Origin: Mobula hypostoma
Lineage: Eukaryota
DNA: 64,000 bases
Reading direction: 5' to 3'
Assembly: GCF_963921235.1 (NCBI RefSeq)
Contig: NC_086097.1
Location: 138,758,001-138,822,000, forward strand
The notes beneath the pieces are model-generated. The model was not told the DNA's origin. It ran no database searches and worked only from the letters and a program-made list of their open reading frames with translations. The first letter of the stretch is position 1; each line of letters starts with the position of its first letter. Below, one piece after another: positions 61,708-64,000 of the stretch. Both the position numbers and the translations under genes were made by a program.

Positions 61708-63490
61708 CAAAGTGCATTTATTATCAAAGTACACATGTCACCATATGCAACCTTGTGATTCATTTCCTACGGAATACTTAATAAATCCATAATAGAATAG
61801 TAATCATAATAGTATCAATGAAAGACCGTGCCAGCTTGGGTGTTCAACCAGTGTGCAAAGACATCAAACTGTAAATACAAAAGAAAGAAATAATAATAAA
61901 TAAATAAGCAATAAATATTGAGAACGTGAACATAGAACAGAAAACATAGCCATCTACAGCACATTACAAGCCCTTTGGCCCACAATGTTGTGCTGACCAT
62001 GTAACTTACTCTAGAAACTGCCTAGAATTCCCCTACTGCATAGCCCTCTATTTTCCTAAGCTCAATGTACCGATCCAAGAGTCTGTTAAAACACTTTATT
62101 GTAATAGAACATGGACGTATAGAACTTGAGATGAAGAGTCCTCGAAAGTGAGTCCATAGGTTGGGGGAACATTTTAATGATGGGGCAAGGGAAGTTAAGT
62201 GAAGTTATCCCCTTTGGCTCAAGAGGCTGATGGTGGTGTGATTCCTAGGGCTTCTGTACCTTATTCCTAACAGCAGAAGTGAGAAAAGAGCATGGCCTGG
62301 GTGGTTGGGGTCCCGGATGATGCATGCTGCTTTCCTGCAACAACTGGGTTATATCATTACTTTTTGTAGAATTTGCCATTGAAGGGTCTTGATGTTTCCA
62401 TATCAGGTAGTGATGCAGCCAGTTAATATACTCTCCACCATACATCTAGAGAAGTTTGTCAAAGTTTTAGATTTCATGCCAAATCTTTGCAAACTCCTAA
62501 GGAAGCAGAGGTGCTGCCGTAATTTCTTCATATTTATGTGCTGGGCCAAGGAGAGGTCCGCTTGATAACACTGAGGAATTTAGAGTTACTGTCTCATTCC
62601 ACCTCTGATCCCCCAGTGAGGACTGGCTCATGGACCTCTTATTTCCTCCTCCTGAAGTCAATAATCAGCTCTTTGGTCTTGCTGACATTGAGTGAGAGGT
62701 TGTTGTTATGGCACCACTCAGACTGATTTTCAATCTCTTTCCTATATGCTGATTCATCACCACCTTTGAGTCAGCCTGTGTTTTCAGCAAACTTAAATAT
62801 GGTTTTGGAGCTGTGCTTAGCCACATAGTCATAGGTGTGAAGCGAGTAGAGCAGGGGGCTAAGCACACAGTTCTGTGGTGCACCTGTACTCCTCGAGGTT
62901 GTGGAGGAGATGCTGTTGTCAATCTGAACTGACTGGGATCTGCAAGTGAAGAAATTGAGCATCCATTTGCACAAGGTGGTATTGAGGTTGAGGCCTTGAA
63001 GCGTACTGATTAGTTTTGAGGGGATGATGATATTGAACGCCAAGCTGTAGTTGATAAAGAGCATCCTGATGTATGCACCTTTGCTGCCCAGATGTTCCAG
63101 GGTTGAGTGCAGAGCCAATGAGGTGGCATCTGTTGTGGATCTGTTACTCCAGTAGGCAATTTGGAGAGAATTCAAGTCGCTTCTCAAGTAGGAGTTGATA
63201 TGTTTTATCATATTCATCACAGTGGATGCAAGTGCTACTGGACGATAGTCATCGGAGCAAGTTACCACGTTCTTCTTAGGGACCAGTAGAAGTGAAGTCT
63301 GCTTGAAGCAGGTGGGTATCTCAGACTACTGAAGCGAGAGGTTAAAGATCTCAGTGAATAGTCCAGCCAGTTAATCAGCACAGGTCTTTAGTACTTGGCC
63401 AGGTACCCTGTCTGGGCTGGATGCTTTTCGTGGGTTTATCCTCCTGAAGGCTGCTCACACATCAGTCCAAGGGACTGAAATCTCAGGATC
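61708..63490 (-). mobile_element. Rex1/Babar-like LINE (RT region to 3' UTR), decayed, with a CR1 3' tip inserted at ~61930-62104
   Basis: DDYRPVALASTVM, LQIAYWSNRSTTDA, RMLFINYSLAFNIIIP, STGAPQNCVLSPLLYSLHTYD, FKFA. Confidence 0.9.
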
Positions 63491-63834
63491 ATCAATCCAT
63501 TTAACAGAGGAAGTGTCTCATTGGGCTCTTCTTCCTCACCTCTGCCTCCATATCAATCTCCCAAACTGAAAGAAACGCAAGTCACCAAACCGTCTCTTCC
63601 AAGTATCTTCAGAATCGTGGAGATGTGCCACAGTTGCAGAATCCACCCAGTCCATCATGTCCTGTCATCTGATAAAGACACGTTGAGACAAGGTTACATA
63701 CTTGCTGGCTCCCCACCTCTGTAGTCCTGAGGCTTCCATCTCTTTGAATTATCAACACTTCTTGGGATGTAGTGAATGATCCAGCATTCACCACCCATCC
63801 ATTGGACAAAAAGATCCAGAAGTCACCACTCTGA

Positions 63835-64000
63835 AGGTGAGGGGTTAGGTCCAGAGAGGGTGGTGTCCAGATGAATGGAGTGTATTCTACCTGGTGGTCT
63901 GTGACTAGTGGTGTTCAGCAGGGATCTGTTCTGGGGTCCTTGCTCTTCGAAATTTTTTATAAATGACTTAGATGAGGAGGTGGAAAGGTGGGTTAGAAAA
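63835..64000 (+). mobile_element. CR1 RT fragment running off the window end
   Basis: ..WWSVTSGVQQGSVLGSLLFEIFINDLDEEVE. Confidence 0.85.

Overview
Eukaryotic, repeat-dense genomic DNA, most likely a cartilaginous fish (shark or ray). This is inferred from a V-SINE/HE1-like tRNA-derived SINE, abundant CR1-clade LINEs and Penelope pseudo-LTR fragments. There is no prokaryotic operon, CRISPR array, rRNA gene or true tRNA gene. Most long ORFs are retrotransposon ORFs or tandem-repeat artefacts. Main content: (1) young, near-identical CR1 LINE copies (22490-25993 -, 37087-39972 -, 45891-46390 +), two of them inserted antisense into older CR1 copies at almost the same homologous position; (2) many decayed CR1, Rex1/Babar-like and RTE fragments, several with readable target-site duplications (TSDs), forming nested clusters; (3) a fold-back mariner-derived MITE with five terminal inverted repeat (TIR) copies; (4) repeated Penelope pseudo-LTR pieces carrying minimal type-I hammerhead ribozyme motifs, one as a TSD-flanked palindrome; (5) 45/42-, 33- and 20-bp minisatellites and several microsatellites; (6) candidate + strand exons of an unidentified host gene, the best being a Lys-rich terminal exon at 47778-47893 followed by a polyA signal. 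The most interesting mechanistic signal is a U-UUA-AAC slippery heptamer abutting the CR1 ORF1 stop codon. Its -1 frame runs directly into an ORF2 that has no AUG before most of the endonuclease domain, suggesting programmed -1 ribosomal frameshifting. I cannot claim a wholly new biological system; the findings are testable hypotheses.
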